Positions 45,191-54,890 of a stretch of 64,000 bases of DNA are shown piece after piece. The translations under genes and the position numbers were made by a program. The notes beneath the pieces were generated by a model, which worked only from the letters and a program-made list of their open reading frames with translations, did not search any database and was not told the origin of the DNA. Numbering within the stretch: the stretch's first letter is position 1; every line of letters begins with the position of its first letter. Origin of the DNA: Hyalangium minutum (GTDB taxonomy: Bacteria > Myxococcota > Myxococcia > Myxococcales > Myxococcaceae); assembly GCF_000737315.1 (NCBI RefSeq), contig NZ_JMCB01000002.1, positions 434,001-498,000 of the forward strand. Direction: 5' to 3'.

Positions 45191-48100
45191 ATGAAGTCCC
45201 GACTGCTCGCTCGCGCGGCGTGTGCCTCCGCGCTCCTGGCCCTGGCTTGCGGTGAGGAGGCTGTACCTCCAACTCCCGAAGCGCCCGTGGTGAATCCCTG
45301 CGACGGGCTGCCGCCGATGACGCTGAAGGCCGAGCCCACCCGCCTCCGGGTGGCGGGCGCGGTGGACCTCACCGCCACGGGCGGCAGCGGCCACTACCGC
45401 TTCCGTGCCGAGGCGGGCGGCTCCTCCGGTGAGATGCGCGGGGACCGCTTCATCGCGGGAGCCACTCCGGGCACGGACACCCTGGTGGTGGAGGACATCC
45501 AGTGCTCCGGGTCCGCGCAGGCCACGGTGCAGGTGATCGCGGGCTTCGACGTGGGGCCGGCACGCGCCATGGTGCGCCCGGGCACCTCCTTCCAGGTGTT
45601 CACGCAGGGGATGCTTGGCAACCCGGACTTCACGCTGGTCTCCAGCTCCGCGGGCAGCACGCTCTCGCCCACGGGTGTGTACAGGGCGGGCCAGGGCTCG
45701 GGCGTGGACCTGCTGCGCGTGCGCGATGGGCAGACGGGCGATGAGGCGCTGCTCCAGTACGAGGTGAGCGCCAGCGCGCGGCTGCGCGGCGACCCGGTGG
45801 TCCTGGCGCTGCCGCCGGGCTCGTCCATTCCGCTGGCCACGGCGGGCGGCAGCGACCGGGTGTCGTGGACGAAGGTCTCCGGCCCGGGCACCCTCGAGGG
45901 GGGCCGCTTCAAGGCCGAGACCTCCGCCCGGGGGCTGGCCATCCTCGAGGCGACGGATCCCTTCACCAAGGACACGGCGCGCATCTCCGTGCGCGTGATG
46001 GACGAGCTGACGCGCCCCACGCAGCCGCACGGCCGCATCACGGACGTGGCCACCGTCGTCTCCGCGGACTTCGACGGGGATGGCATGCAGGACGTGGCGG
46101 TGGGGCAGCGTGAGAGCGATCTCAACCGGCCGCTCGGCGGCGCGGTGTTCATCTTCAAGGGCAGCTCCACCGGCTTCCCCCAGCAGCCCACGTGGGTGCT
46201 GACGGGGGCCACGGACACGGCGGCCTTCGGCGACACGCTGGCGGCGGGAGACTTGGACAAGGATGGGAAGGCGGAGCTGGCGGTGGGCTCTCCGGGCGCG
46301 GACATCACCGGCGCGGACTCGGGTGCGGTGTACCTCTACCGCTGGGGCGCCAATGGGCCGGAGTTGATGCGCCAGCCTCTCACGAGCGTGGCCCGCGGTG
46401 GCGCCTTCAGCACGGGCCTCGCCATGGCGGATGCGGATGGGGATGGGGACCTGGATCTGATCATCGGCGCGCCCGCGGGAGACCTGGCGCCCTCGTCCAC
46501 GGTGTCTCGCCGCGGCACGGTGGACATCTTCACGATTACGCCGGGCCAGCCCATTCCGGACCTGCCGGCCATCCGGCTCGGCGGCTCGGACCTGTCCAAG
46601 ACGAACACGCTCATGTCCCGCAGCAACACGGACCTGGGCCGCGCCATCGTGGCGGCGGACCTGAACGGGGACGGGCTGACGGACATCGCGGCGCTGAGCA
46701 AGGTGTCGCGCTACCTGGCGGACGGCACCACGCAGGCCACGGTGCTCGTGGCGGTGTCCGTGCACTTCGGGCGGAGCTCGGGGACGCGGTTCCGGGCCGC
46801 CGCGGACGTGTATGTGCTACCGATGAACTCGGCGGACGGCACCGAGGGCACCTGGCGCCTGGGCTTCGCCCCGAGCGAGGGGACCCGGCCTCCGCTGCTC
46901 ATGGCGGTGGCGGACCGCACGGACTCGCCGAATCTGAGCCCTGGTGGCAACCCGGGGGCCACGGACGCGGGCGGCGCGCTGTTGTTCGACCTGACGGCGT
47001 ACAAGCCCACGGGCGAGCCCTCGGACACGCCGGTGCAGGTGACGAAGGATGCGGCCTATGCCCGCATCTATGGTGAGGCTGCGGGCATCTTCGCGGGCCG
47101 CAGCTTCGCGGTGATGGACGTGGACGGGCAGTCCGGCTCGGAGCTGGTGCTCGGGGCGCCCAACGCGTCCGCGCCGTCGGGGTCGACCACGCTGCGCCTG
47201 GCAGGCCGGGTGCTGGCCTATCCGCTGGCGACGCTCACGGCGGGCAGCGTCATCAACAAGCCGCTGGCCGTCATCCACGGGCAGAGCAAGTCGGACGTGT
47301 TCGGCGTGGGCCTGGCCGCGTGGGGGAACTCGAGCGGTGGCGGCCTGTTGGCCTTCTCCGGGCGGTCCTCCTCCGAGGCGGGTGCCTTCACCGGACGGCT
47401 GGAGTTCTTCACGCGGGCGGGCGCCTCGTTCGCCGAGTGGACCCGCGGTATCGCGGTGGTGCCGGCGAAGCCCGCGGTGGAGCGCTTCGGCGAGGTGGTG
47501 GCGGCGACGACGGGCGTGGGCGGCCGGGCCGTGGCGCTCGTGGGCGCGCCGGGCGTCGCGGGCCCTGGCACGCAGGCGGACGGCAATGACTTCAACGTGG
47601 GTCGGGCCTTCACGTACGACCTGACGCAGGGCACGGTGGCCTCCATGGTGGCCGAGGGCGCGAGCGCGCCGGTGGTGAAGGGCCGCAGCGTGGGCACGGA
47701 CGTGACATTCACGGACTTCAATGGCGACGGGCGCCAGGATGTGGTGGTGGGCGCGCCATCCTTCACGGTGCCAGCCTCCAATGCGACGGCGGACCTGTCG
47801 GTGTATGCCGCCCAGAAGACGGGCTGTGTCACGACGGCCTCGCAGGGCGTGGGCGGGCTGCTGGTGTCGCTGGGGCAGGCGGACGGCTCCTTCAAGGATG
47901 CCTATCGGCTGTGGGCGCCGCTGGTGATTCCGGGCTGCACGCCGGACACGGACACGCGCTGCCGCCGCAGCCAGATTGGCCGCGGCGTGGTGGGTGAGTT
48001 CGACTTCAACGGCGATGGGCGTGATGACATCGGCGTGCTGCGCAACAACGGCTTCGAGGTGTTCCTCGGCCGCACGCCGGATGACGCCTCGCTGGCGAAG

Positions 48101-48904
48101 CTGACGATGGGGTGCGATCCGCTCTACTTCACGGACGGCTCCACGACGCGCCAGACGAGCGCCCCGGCGGTGCTGGGCGACCTGAACGGCGACGGCTGCG
48201 AAGAGGTGAGCTGGCGCTACACGGAGACGAACCGTTCGGGCGTCATCATCCTCTTCGGCTACGACGCGGGCGGTACGCGCTGCGGCGGCCGGACGGCGGC
48301 CTCGTGGGTGCGGCTGGCGGCGGATGGCGAGGTGGGTGGCAACGTGCTGGGTCTCGGCGTGGCGACAGCGCGGGCGGGCAAGTTCCTCAACGATGGGAAG
48401 GACCGCATCGCCATCAGCGCGACGTCCGTCCCCTTCGACGGGGTGACGCAGCCGGCGGTGCTGCTCTTCGACAAGGATCTGCTGGTGGGGCGCCGTCCGA
48501 CGGGGGCGGGTGAGGCGCTGGTGGGCGCGCTGGGCGATGGGGTCAACCCGGTGACGGTGGTGCACCGCACACGCGCGGTGAACTTCGGGCGTGCGCTGGC
48601 GGGAGGCCGGGACCTGAATGGCGACTCCATCCCGGATCTGATCGTCGGTGCTCCGGGAGCCTCGGAGTCCTCGGACGGTGGCGGCGCGGTGTTCCTCTAT
48701 GCGGGTGGCGCGCAGCCGACGGGCCGGCTGACGCCATGGCTGATCGCGGTGGGCGATGTGGCGGAGCGCTCCAACATCGGCCAGGACCTCTCGCTCACGC
48801 AGGGCGGGGCGAACAGCCCGCCGACGCTCGTCATCGGCGCGCCGACGAGCTATCGCACGGGGACACAGAACGGCACGGCCTTCTCGCTGCCGCTTTCGTT
48901 CTAA
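45191..48904 (+). CDS. Large FG-GAP/integrin-like repeat lipoprotein with Ig-like N-terminal repeats
   Basis: Lipobox ALAC; repeated DFDGDG/DLNGDG...DxxVGAP units. Confidence 0.88.
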   Translation: MKSRLLARAACASALLALACGEEAVPPTPEAPVVNPCDGLPPMTLKAEPTRLRVAGAVDLTATGGSGHYRFRAEAGGSSGEMRGDRFIAGATPGTDTLVVEDIQCSGSAQATVQVIAGFDVGPARAMVRPGTSFQVFTQGMLGNPDFTLVSSSAGSTLSPTGVYRAGQGSGVDLLRVRDGQTGDEALLQYEVSASARLRGDPVVLALPPGSSIPLATAGGSDRVSWTKVSGPGTLEGGRFKAETSARGLAILEATDPFTKDTARISVRVMDELTRPTQPHGRITDVATVVSADFDGDGMQDVAVGQRESDLNRPLGGAVFIFKGSSTGFPQQPTWVLTGATDTAAFGDTLAAGDLDKDGKAELAVGSPGADITGADSGAVYLYRWGANGPELMRQPLTSVARGGAFSTGLAMADADGDGDLDLIIGAPAGDLAPSSTVSRRGTVDIFTITPGQPIPDLPAIRLGGSDLSKTNTLMSRSNTDLGRAIVAADLNGDGLTDIAALSKVSRYLADGTTQATVLVAVSVHFGRSSGTRFRAAADVYVLPMNSADGTEGTWRLGFAPSEGTRPPLLMAVADRTDSPNLSPGGNPGATDAGGALLFDLTAYKPTGEPSDTPVQVTKDAAYARIYGEAAGIFAGRSFAVMDVDGQSGSELVLGAPNASAPSGSTTLRLAGRVLAYPLATLTAGSVINKPLAVIHGQSKSDVFGVGLAAWGNSSGGGLLAFSGRSSSEAGAFTGRLEFFTRAGASFAEWTRGIAVVPAKPAVERFGEVVAATTGVGGRAVALVGAPGVAGPGTQADGNDFNVGRAFTYDLTQGTVASMVAEGASAPVVKGRSVGTDVTFTDFNGDGRQDVVVGAPSFTVPASNATADLSVYAAQKTGCVTTASQGVGGLLVSLGQADGSFKDAYRLWAPLVIPGCTPDTDTRCRRSQIGRGVVGEFDFNGDGRDDIGVLRNNGFEVFLGRTPDDASLAKLTMGCDPLYFTDGSTTRQTSAPAVLGDLNGDGCEEVSWRYTETNRSGVIILFGYDAGGTRCGGRTAASWVRLAADGEVGGNVLGLGVATARAGKFLNDGKDRIAISATSVPFDGVTQPAVLLFDKDLLVGRRPTGAGEALVGALGDGVNPVTVVHRTRAVNFGRALAGGRDLNGDSIPDLIVGAPGASESSDGGGAVFLYAGGAQPTGRLTPWLIAVGDVAERSNIGQDLSLTQGGANSPPTLVIGAPTSYRTGTQNGTAFSLPLSF

Positions 48905-48932
48905 GCTGGCGCCCTCTTTTCAAGGGGGAGCC

Positions 48933-49940
48933 ATGTCGTTGTGGGGAGGACTGCGGGACCGGCTGTTTGGAAAACCTGGGAACTCCGCGCAGGTCAGCCG
49001 GTTCGACATCGAGCCTGGTCTCTCGGTGTTGTTCACCCGCCACCGCCTCTCCACGCAGCAGGGGCTCATCGATTGCTGTTCGTATGTGACGGAGGGGCTG
49101 GCGGAGCACCGGCAGAAGGAGATGGTGCTCACGCTGCGCGAGACGGCGGAAGTGAAGGAGGATGCTTTCCGTCAGCGGGTGTTCTCGGCCTTCTCCACGT
49201 TCAAGCATTTCGCCGCGCAGGGCCGGACGGTGGACGTGGGAGATGTCACGAGCTTCGGTGAGCGGCGGCCGTTCCCAGGCAGGCAGTTCCTCTACGCGGC
49301 GGCGAGTCCCATGCCCGGGGTTCCCGTGCCGCAGGGGGCGCTGGCGGTCATGCTCATCACCGACAAGGAACTGGAGATCTACATGCGCTGCGGGGCCGCA
49401 CGCGTCTTCGCCTCGCTCGGCAAGGCTTTGGGTTACTACCCGCATCCCTCCTGGTCGGATCTCCACCGCGCGGAGCTGCCAGCGTCCCTCCTCGAAGAGA
49501 GCCTGTTGCCCAAGGTCCCCAGTGTGCACATGTGGAGTGCGCGGGTCGTGCAGACGGAGGGAGACCTCGTCCTGCGTGTCGCACCGGGGAGTCATGAACA
49601 CTTTCGCAAGTTGTTCGAGCAACTGCCTGGCGAGACGCAGCCCTTCGCGTTCCTGACCGGCATGGATGCGGCCGCGAATGCGTGTCTCGTCTGGGAGAAA
49701 GGGCAGAGCGAGACCTCCGCCATCACCCCTCCTGGCAGCAGAGCGGAGCGGATCAGCGGATGCTTTCTCATGATCCTTCCCGGGGTGGAGCCGGAAGGCG
49801 TCAAACAACAAGAGGACGGCTACGTCTGGTGCCTCTCGGAAGCGTCCTTCCAGGCCTTGAAGCGTGCGCTGTGCGAAGAGCAGGCGCTGGCGCTGCTTGT
49901 GGAAGGTTGGCGGCTGAGGGTCGAGTGGCTGGCCCCTTGA
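48933..49940 (+). CDS. Bacterial homologue of the SARA/endofin C-terminal domain (DUF3480/SUFU-like fold)
   Basis: Collinear motifs YVTEGL...QKEMV, FLY, LAVMLI...E, LG...YYPHPSWS, ANACLVW, RISGCFL, EDGYVW...FQALKRAL match my recollection of the human ZFYVE9 C-terminus. Confidence 0.7.
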   Translation: MSLWGGLRDRLFGKPGNSAQVSRFDIEPGLSVLFTRHRLSTQQGLIDCCSYVTEGLAEHRQKEMVLTLRETAEVKEDAFRQRVFSAFSTFKHFAAQGRTVDVGDVTSFGERRPFPGRQFLYAAASPMPGVPVPQGALAVMLITDKELEIYMRCGAARVFASLGKALGYYPHPSWSDLHRAELPASLLEESLLPKVPSVHMWSARVVQTEGDLVLRVAPGSHEHFRKLFEQLPGETQPFAFLTGMDAAANACLVWEKGQSETSAITPPGSRAERISGCFLMILPGVEPEGVKQQEDGYVWCLSEASFQALKRALCEEQALALLVEGWRLRVEWLAP

Positions 49941-50437
49941 TGCCGATGGCCCCGAGGACAGCGCGCTTCTCCCTGCGGAAGTTCACGAGCGGGGACGTGG
50001 GCCTGTACCACCAGCTTACGGGGAACGTGCGGGTCATGCAGTTCGTCACGGGCCGCCCATTCACATGGGAGGAGACGGCGGAGAAGTTCGAGCGCATCCT
50101 GGCCAGGAGCGCCCAGCACGAGCACGAGGGCGTCTACGCCATCCACGACTCGGGCACGGACGAGTTCGTGGGGGCCGCCGCGCTGCTGCGAGAGCCCACC
50201 GGGCGGGTGGAACTCGGCTACAGGATCCTCGACACGCACTGGGGACGTGGAATCGCCACAGAGGTAGCCGCCGAGCTGCTGCGTTTCGGCCTCCACGTCC
50301 TACACGCGCCAGCGGTTGTCGCGTATGTGGACGCGGAGAACACCGCGTCCATCCGGGTGTTGGAGAAGATCGGCATGCGGCGCGTGGCCACGACCTCCGA
50401 GGGTGGCTGCACCGAGCACGAGTATCTGCTCGGGTAG
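49940..50437 (+). CDS. GNAT N-acetyltransferase (RimJ/RimL type)
   Basis: ELGYRI...WGRGIATE; NTASIRVLEKIGM; TGATG overlap. Confidence 0.9.
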   Translation: MPMAPRTARFSLRKFTSGDVGLYHQLTGNVRVMQFVTGRPFTWEETAEKFERILARSAQHEHEGVYAIHDSGTDEFVGAAALLREPTGRVELGYRILDTHWGRGIATEVAAELLRFGLHVLHAPAVVAYVDAENTASIRVLEKIGMRRVATTSEGGCTEHEYLLG

Positions 50438-50712
50438 AGCGATGATCAGTTCCTGGCTGACAGGTCAGCGGTGGGAACGACCTGTGAGAAGAGAGGGCTG
50501 ACACGTCGAGCCACAGGTGCGCGGTTCCCCGCCCACCATGCCCAGCACCTGCGTAGGCCCTGGTTCGTCCCCGAGCGGCCGCCCAAGGCACGCCCCACAG
50601 CCCAGCGCGGAAAGCGCTGAGGCGCTGATTCCGGAGTCGAGACGCCGGGGGAGCGCTGGCTCCCCTGGCAGGAGAATGCCGGGCGAGCCGGAGGGCGTTA
50701 GGAGAGGCAGCC

Positions 50713-51087
50713 ATGCCCATCAAGACCAAGCGCTGGGTCGTGCCCGCGGAGCCGGATGACGGCCTGAGGGTGCTGATCTGCCGCTACCGGCCACGCGGTG
50801 TGACGAAGGCGAAGGAGACCTGGGACGTCTGGATGCGCGACCTGGCGCCCAGCCCCGAGCTCTTCGACGCCTTCTACGGCAAGGGCCAGACGCCCATCAC
50901 GTTGGATGCCTACCGCGAGCGCTACATGAGCGAGATGCAGGCCCAGCAGGAGAAGATCGCCGAGCTGGCCGCCCGTGTGGACCGGGGCGAGACGGTGACG
51001 CTGCTCTGCTCGAAGGACTGCATCCTGGAGCAGGTGTGCCACCGCACCCTTCTGGCCGAGCTCATCGAGGCTGCTCGGAAGCGCTGA
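50713..51087 (+). CDS. DUF488 (YeaO-like) protein
   Basis: DDGLRVLICRYRPRG, WMRDLAPS, VTLLC...CHR. Confidence 0.85.
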   Translation: MPIKTKRWVVPAEPDDGLRVLICRYRPRGVTKAKETWDVWMRDLAPSPELFDAFYGKGQTPITLDAYRERYMSEMQAQQEKIAELAARVDRGETVTLLCSKDCILEQVCHRTLLAELIEAARKR

Positions 51088-51119
51088 GAGGCGCACGCTC
51101 TCAAATGTAGAGTGCTCCC

Positions 51120-51875
51120 ATGACCTCGACCTCCACGCATCGCCGGAGCGCCCTGGGAACCTGGGTGCTCGTGTGTCTCCTCGCGGGGCCGCTCACGGCC
51201 TGGGCGCAGAAGAAGGACTCTTCCCGCGCGAAGTATCTCGCCGAGCTCTCGAAGTTGAAGCGCGCCAAAAAGGGTTCGGTCGAGCCTGTGTTCCATCTGG
51301 GCCTCGCCGCCGCCCAGGAACTGCAGGAGCAAATCATGGAGCGCGACGAGGCTCCCGCGGGTGACCCGAAGGCCAAAACACCCGTGAACACGAAGCTCGA
51401 GGGCTTCAATGTCAGCACCGGGGAGGCGCTCTACGCCGTGCCGCGGACTGCCTACTTCCTGGCGCTCGCCCGGAAGAAGGGCACGCCGGAGGACATCGCC
51501 TTCTTCGAGAACATCCAGCGCACCTTCCCGGAGCACGATGCGTGGCCGGCGTTCGTCGAGCAGCAGACGGACTACAGCGGTTGCACCCTCTACAACTCGC
51601 CGGAGCTCATCTCCGTTTACCGGGGCTGGTCTGAGTTCGCCGCGAAGTATCCCAAGGCCTACCCGGAAGAGGTGGCCAAAGAACTCGAACGCATCCACGA
51701 GGCGATGACCCAGGAGGAAGGCTGTGCCTGCGAGAAGGCCGAGGGCGTCACCGCCGGCTTCGAGGCCTTTCTCAAGGCCTTCCCGAAGGCTCCCATCGCC
51801 GACACGGTGAAGGCGCGCCTGGAGGCCTTGCGGGCAGGGAAGAGCGACATTCGCTTCGAGTGCCAGAGCGGCTGA
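51120..51875 (+). CDS. Secreted hypothetical protein
   Basis: Signal peptide ending AWA; GC-biased codon usage; no family recognised. Confidence 0.7.
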   Translation: MTSTSTHRRSALGTWVLVCLLAGPLTAWAQKKDSSRAKYLAELSKLKRAKKGSVEPVFHLGLAAAQELQEQIMERDEAPAGDPKAKTPVNTKLEGFNVSTGEALYAVPRTAYFLALARKKGTPEDIAFFENIQRTFPEHDAWPAFVEQQTDYSGCTLYNSPELISVYRGWSEFAAKYPKAYPEEVAKELERIHEAMTQEEGCACEKAEGVTAGFEAFLKAFPKAPIADTVKARLEALRAGKSDIRFECQSG

Positions 51876-51959
51876 GGACACACGAAACAACAGAGGCCGC
51901 AGCCCGGAGGTCCTTGAAGGGGGATAAGCACCTCCGAGCTGCGAGGCCTCCCGGGCGCC

Positions 51960-53000
51960 TTAGCGGCGGCCCGTTCCCGGCGCGCCGTGGTCCGGCAGTT
52001 CCACGGCGGTGCCGTCGAGCGTCGCGGTGCCGCAGTCCGGCCCGAACACCAGCGTGTGCGTCGTGCCGTCCGAGGTGGCACGCGTGAGGGTGCCAGCGGT
52101 CGGCCAGCGGCACACATTCCGCGGCGCGCGCACGATGTTCTCCAGCGTCACCGTGCCTGTGGTGCCGTCGAGGTACGCCTCGGTGTACGAGCCGTTCACC
52201 GTGCGCGTCGGCGGCGTGTCGCTGGAGAACTCCACCGTCATGGAGCCGGTCAGGTGCACCGAGCTCACCACCGAGCCCGACGCATCGGTGCGAGAGCGCG
52301 TGACATCGGCCTGGGTCGTCTTCGTCTGCGGCGGAGCCTCCCCGTTGAGCGTCGCGCTCGAGGAGGTGGTGCCCTGCACCGTCGACACGGAGCCATCCTC
52401 TCCCGTGCGGGAGAGCTGGAAGGTCACGCTCTGGTCCTGCTGCACCGTGGAGCAGTCCTCGGACGCCTTGTAGTCATAAGCGATGTCCACCGTGCCGCTG
52501 GAGGGACCGAAGCGCGGCCCGCCGCACGTCTTCAGGTCCCCGTCTCCCGGCGCTGGCGTCGTCGGCGTCGTGGTGGTGTCCATGCTCGAGACGGTGCCGG
52601 TGCTCGTGCCGCCCGTGCCGCCGGACGGAGGCTGACGTCCCCCGCCTCCGCCGTGGCCACCACCGCGCCCACCGCCCCCGGGCCTGCCAGGGGACTCGCA
52701 GTCGGTCCACTCGAGGTGAACCGTGGCGGGGAGGCTCTTGCCACAGACATCCACGTAGGTGATGTCCGGGCTGGCGTCACAGTGGAAGCCCTCCACCGCA
52801 TCCGGACGCAGCGTGTGCAGGCCGCGCATCAGGCTCGATACCTCGACCGCATCGCTCGAGTCCGAGGTGGCCTCCACCGTCTGAGACACCACCTCCGTGG
52901 TGTCCTCTTCCGAGCTGTTCCCCGTGCACCCGCTCGTCAGCGCCCCGGCGACGAGGGCGACGGCTCCCAGCCATGAGCTGCTCTTCTTCCAGTGCGTCAT
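51960..53000 (-). CDS. Ser/Thr-rich beta-structured lipoprotein of unknown function
   Basis: MTHWKKS start; lipobox TSGC; Gly/Arg-rich insert; Cys pairs. Confidence 0.75.
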   Translation of the reverse strand: MTHWKKSSSWLGAVALVAGALTSGCTGNSSEEDTTEVVSQTVEATSDSSDAVEVSSLMRGLHTLRPDAVEGFHCDASPDITYVDVCGKSLPATVHLEWTDCESPGRPGGGGRGGGHGGGGGRQPPSGGTGGTSTGTVSSMDTTTTPTTPAPGDGDLKTCGGPRFGPSSGTVDIAYDYKASEDCSTVQQDQSVTFQLSRTGEDGSVSTVQGTTSSSATLNGEAPPQTKTTQADVTRSRTDASGSVVSSVHLTGSMTVEFSSDTPPTRTVNGSYTEAYLDGTTGTVTLENIVRAPRNVCRWPTAGTLTRATSDGTTHTLVFGPDCGTATLDGTAVELPDHGAPGTGRR

Positions 53001-53050
53001 ATGTGCTCCCGTGCGTTTCGGTTCCGGCCCGAACCGACTGCATGCGGAGA

Positions 53051-53076
53051 GACGAGAAGGGGAATTTTCGTGTTCC
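53051..53076 (-). promoter_or_regulatory. ECF-type promoter GGAAC-N17-CGTC driving the divergent lipoprotein gene
   Basis: Minus strand: GGAAC (53076-53072), 17 nt, CGTC (53054-53051), 50 nt before the ATG at 53000. Confidence 0.6.
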
Positions 53077-53131
53077 CGGCACCGTGCGCGTTTTTGCGGA
53101 CCCATCCTTGGGGGAAGCTAGACTGGGGGCC

Positions 53132-53773
53132 TTGGCCGAGAACGAAGAGCTGCGCGCATTGATCGCCGAGGCCCAGGACGGCAGCGTCCGCGCCTTCGAG
53201 CTGTTGGTGTCCTCGTACCTGCCCCAGGTGCGCCGCTTCGCGCGCGCGTTCGCCAGGTCAGACTCGGATGCGGACGACTTGGCGCAGGAGGCACTGGTCA
53301 AGGTCTACAAGAGCCTGCGCTCGTACCGCTTCCAGTCCGCGTTCAAGACGTGGCTCTATGCGGTGGTGCGCAACGTCGTCGTGGACGCGGCGCGCAGCCG
53401 CGCGGGCCGGGAGCGCTCTCAAGAGGATCCGCTCCCCACGGACCATGCCCGGCTGCCTTCCACCGCCGAGCCGCCCGATGAGGGCCTCGCTCGGGCGCAG
53501 GAGCGACAGCGGCTCTGGAAGGCGCTGCGTCAACTGCCGGAGGAGTTCCGCACGGCGGTGGTGCTCTTCGATGTCGAGGGGCACACGTATGACGAGGTGG
53601 CAGCCATCGAAGGCGTGCCCATCGGTACAGTAAAATCGAGGCTTTCGCGGGGCCGGACGCTGCTCCGGGACTTGCTGGCGGGCGAGCGGGCGCCCGATCC
53701 GGCGGCGAGTGAAGCCACGGTGGGAACATCCGGCCCAGGTGTTTCGTCCCATGGGCGTAGGAGCGAGAAATGA
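53132..53773 (+). CDS. ECF RNA polymerase sigma factor
   Basis: DADDLAQEALVK, FKTWLY, EEFRTAVVL...YDEVA...GTVKSRLSRGR; probable TTG start. Confidence 0.9.
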   Translation: MAENEELRALIAEAQDGSVRAFELLVSSYLPQVRRFARAFARSDSDADDLAQEALVKVYKSLRSYRFQSAFKTWLYAVVRNVVVDAARSRAGRERSQEDPLPTDHARLPSTAEPPDEGLARAQERQRLWKALRQLPEEFRTAVVLFDVEGHTYDEVAAIEGVPIGTVKSRLSRGRTLLRDLLAGERAPDPAASEATVGTSGPGVSSHGRRSEK

Positions 53774-54369
53774 GTGAGCTGGAGCCATCGGAGGAGCGCG
53801 CGCTGCGAGAGCAGCTGGGAGCGCTGCGGGAAGACCCGCCCGAGCTGGGCTTCCAGGCCTCGCTCCATCGGCGGCTGGCCGCGGCGGGCCCGCCAGAGCC
53901 CGCGTCCGGGTGGGACCGGGTCCGCTCGTTCTTCCGCCGGGGGGCGCCGGTGCTCTGGCCCGCGGTGGGGGTCGCGGCGGGCGTGGCCGCGTTCCTGATT
54001 CTGAGCGCCGTGCAGACGCCTCCGGCCGCTCCGCAGGGCTCCGCCGAGGTGGCGCAGCCGCTGGAGACGCCGGGCACGGCCGTGCCAGCCAGCAAGGTGG
54101 CGGTCATCAAGCTGGACTTCACGGCGGACGTGGCGGTGGAGGAGGCGGACTTCCAGGTGAGCCTGCCCGAGGGCCTGTCCTTCTGGGCGGACGGCGAGGA
54201 CTTGCCGCTGCGCTCCTTCCAATGGACGCAGCCGCTGAACGCAGGCAGCAACGTCATCCCCATCGCGGTGCGCGGGCACAAGCCGGGCCGCTATCTGGTC
54301 ACGGCGATGGCTCGCGCGGGAGATCAGAAGATAGAGCATGATGTGGTGCTCGAGGTGACTGACGGATGA
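53770..54369 (+). CDS. Single-pass membrane protein, putative anti-sigma factor
   Basis: ATGA overlap with the sigma gene; short cytoplasmic N-domain, one TM helix, periplasmic Ig-like beta domain. Confidence 0.65.
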   Translation: MSELEPSEERALREQLGALREDPPELGFQASLHRRLAAAGPPEPASGWDRVRSFFRRGAPVLWPAVGVAAGVAAFLILSAVQTPPAAPQGSAEVAQPLETPGTAVPASKVAVIKLDFTADVAVEEADFQVSLPEGLSFWADGEDLPLRSFQWTQPLNAGSNVIPIAVRGHKPGRYLVTAMARAGDQKIEHDVVLEVTDG

Positions 54370-54890
54370 ACCGGTCCATTGCACAGCTCGGGGCAGTCGC
54401 CGTGGCGCTCGTGCTGCTCGGGGCCGGGAGCGCGCGTGCGCAGGCTCAGGCGGTGCCCCCGCCCACAGCGCCCCCGCCTCAAGCAGCGCCCCCACCTGCA
54501 TCTCCTCCACAAGGAGCACCGGCCCAGACGGCTCCGGCGGACACGGGCGCGATCCGTGGCCCTGATGCTCCGGCACCCTCCGCGCTGGAGCCGCGAGGCG
54601 CGGAGCCGCGCGTCCGCGTGCGCAGCTCGCACACCGTGGACGTCATCGCGCCGGGTGAGAAGGTCGACACGATTCTGGGCCGGATGCGCACGGAGCGTCC
54701 GGCACCTCCACCGCGAGGAGACACGGTACGGCCGCCTCCAGGCCCGGATGGACGAGGTGCTCACCGCCAGCAGGGCCCGGGGCGCTCAGGACCGCCGCGC
54801 CCCGGTGAGGATGGGCGCGGTCCGCCATCTCCTCGCACGGACGGCACTCCTCCTCCCCCGGGCTCCCAGCTTCCGCCACCGCCGCGATGA
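54366..54890 (+). CDS. Exported Pro-rich protein
   Basis: Signal peptide; low complexity with an ordered core VRSSHTVDVIAPGEKVDTI; coupled on both sides. Confidence 0.6.
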   Translation: MNRSIAQLGAVAVALVLLGAGSARAQAQAVPPPTAPPPQAAPPPASPPQGAPAQTAPADTGAIRGPDAPAPSALEPRGAEPRVRVRSSHTVDVIAPGEKVDTILGRMRTERPAPPPRGDTVRPPPGPDGRGAHRQQGPGRSGPPRPGEDGRGPPSPRTDGTPPPPGSQLPPPPR

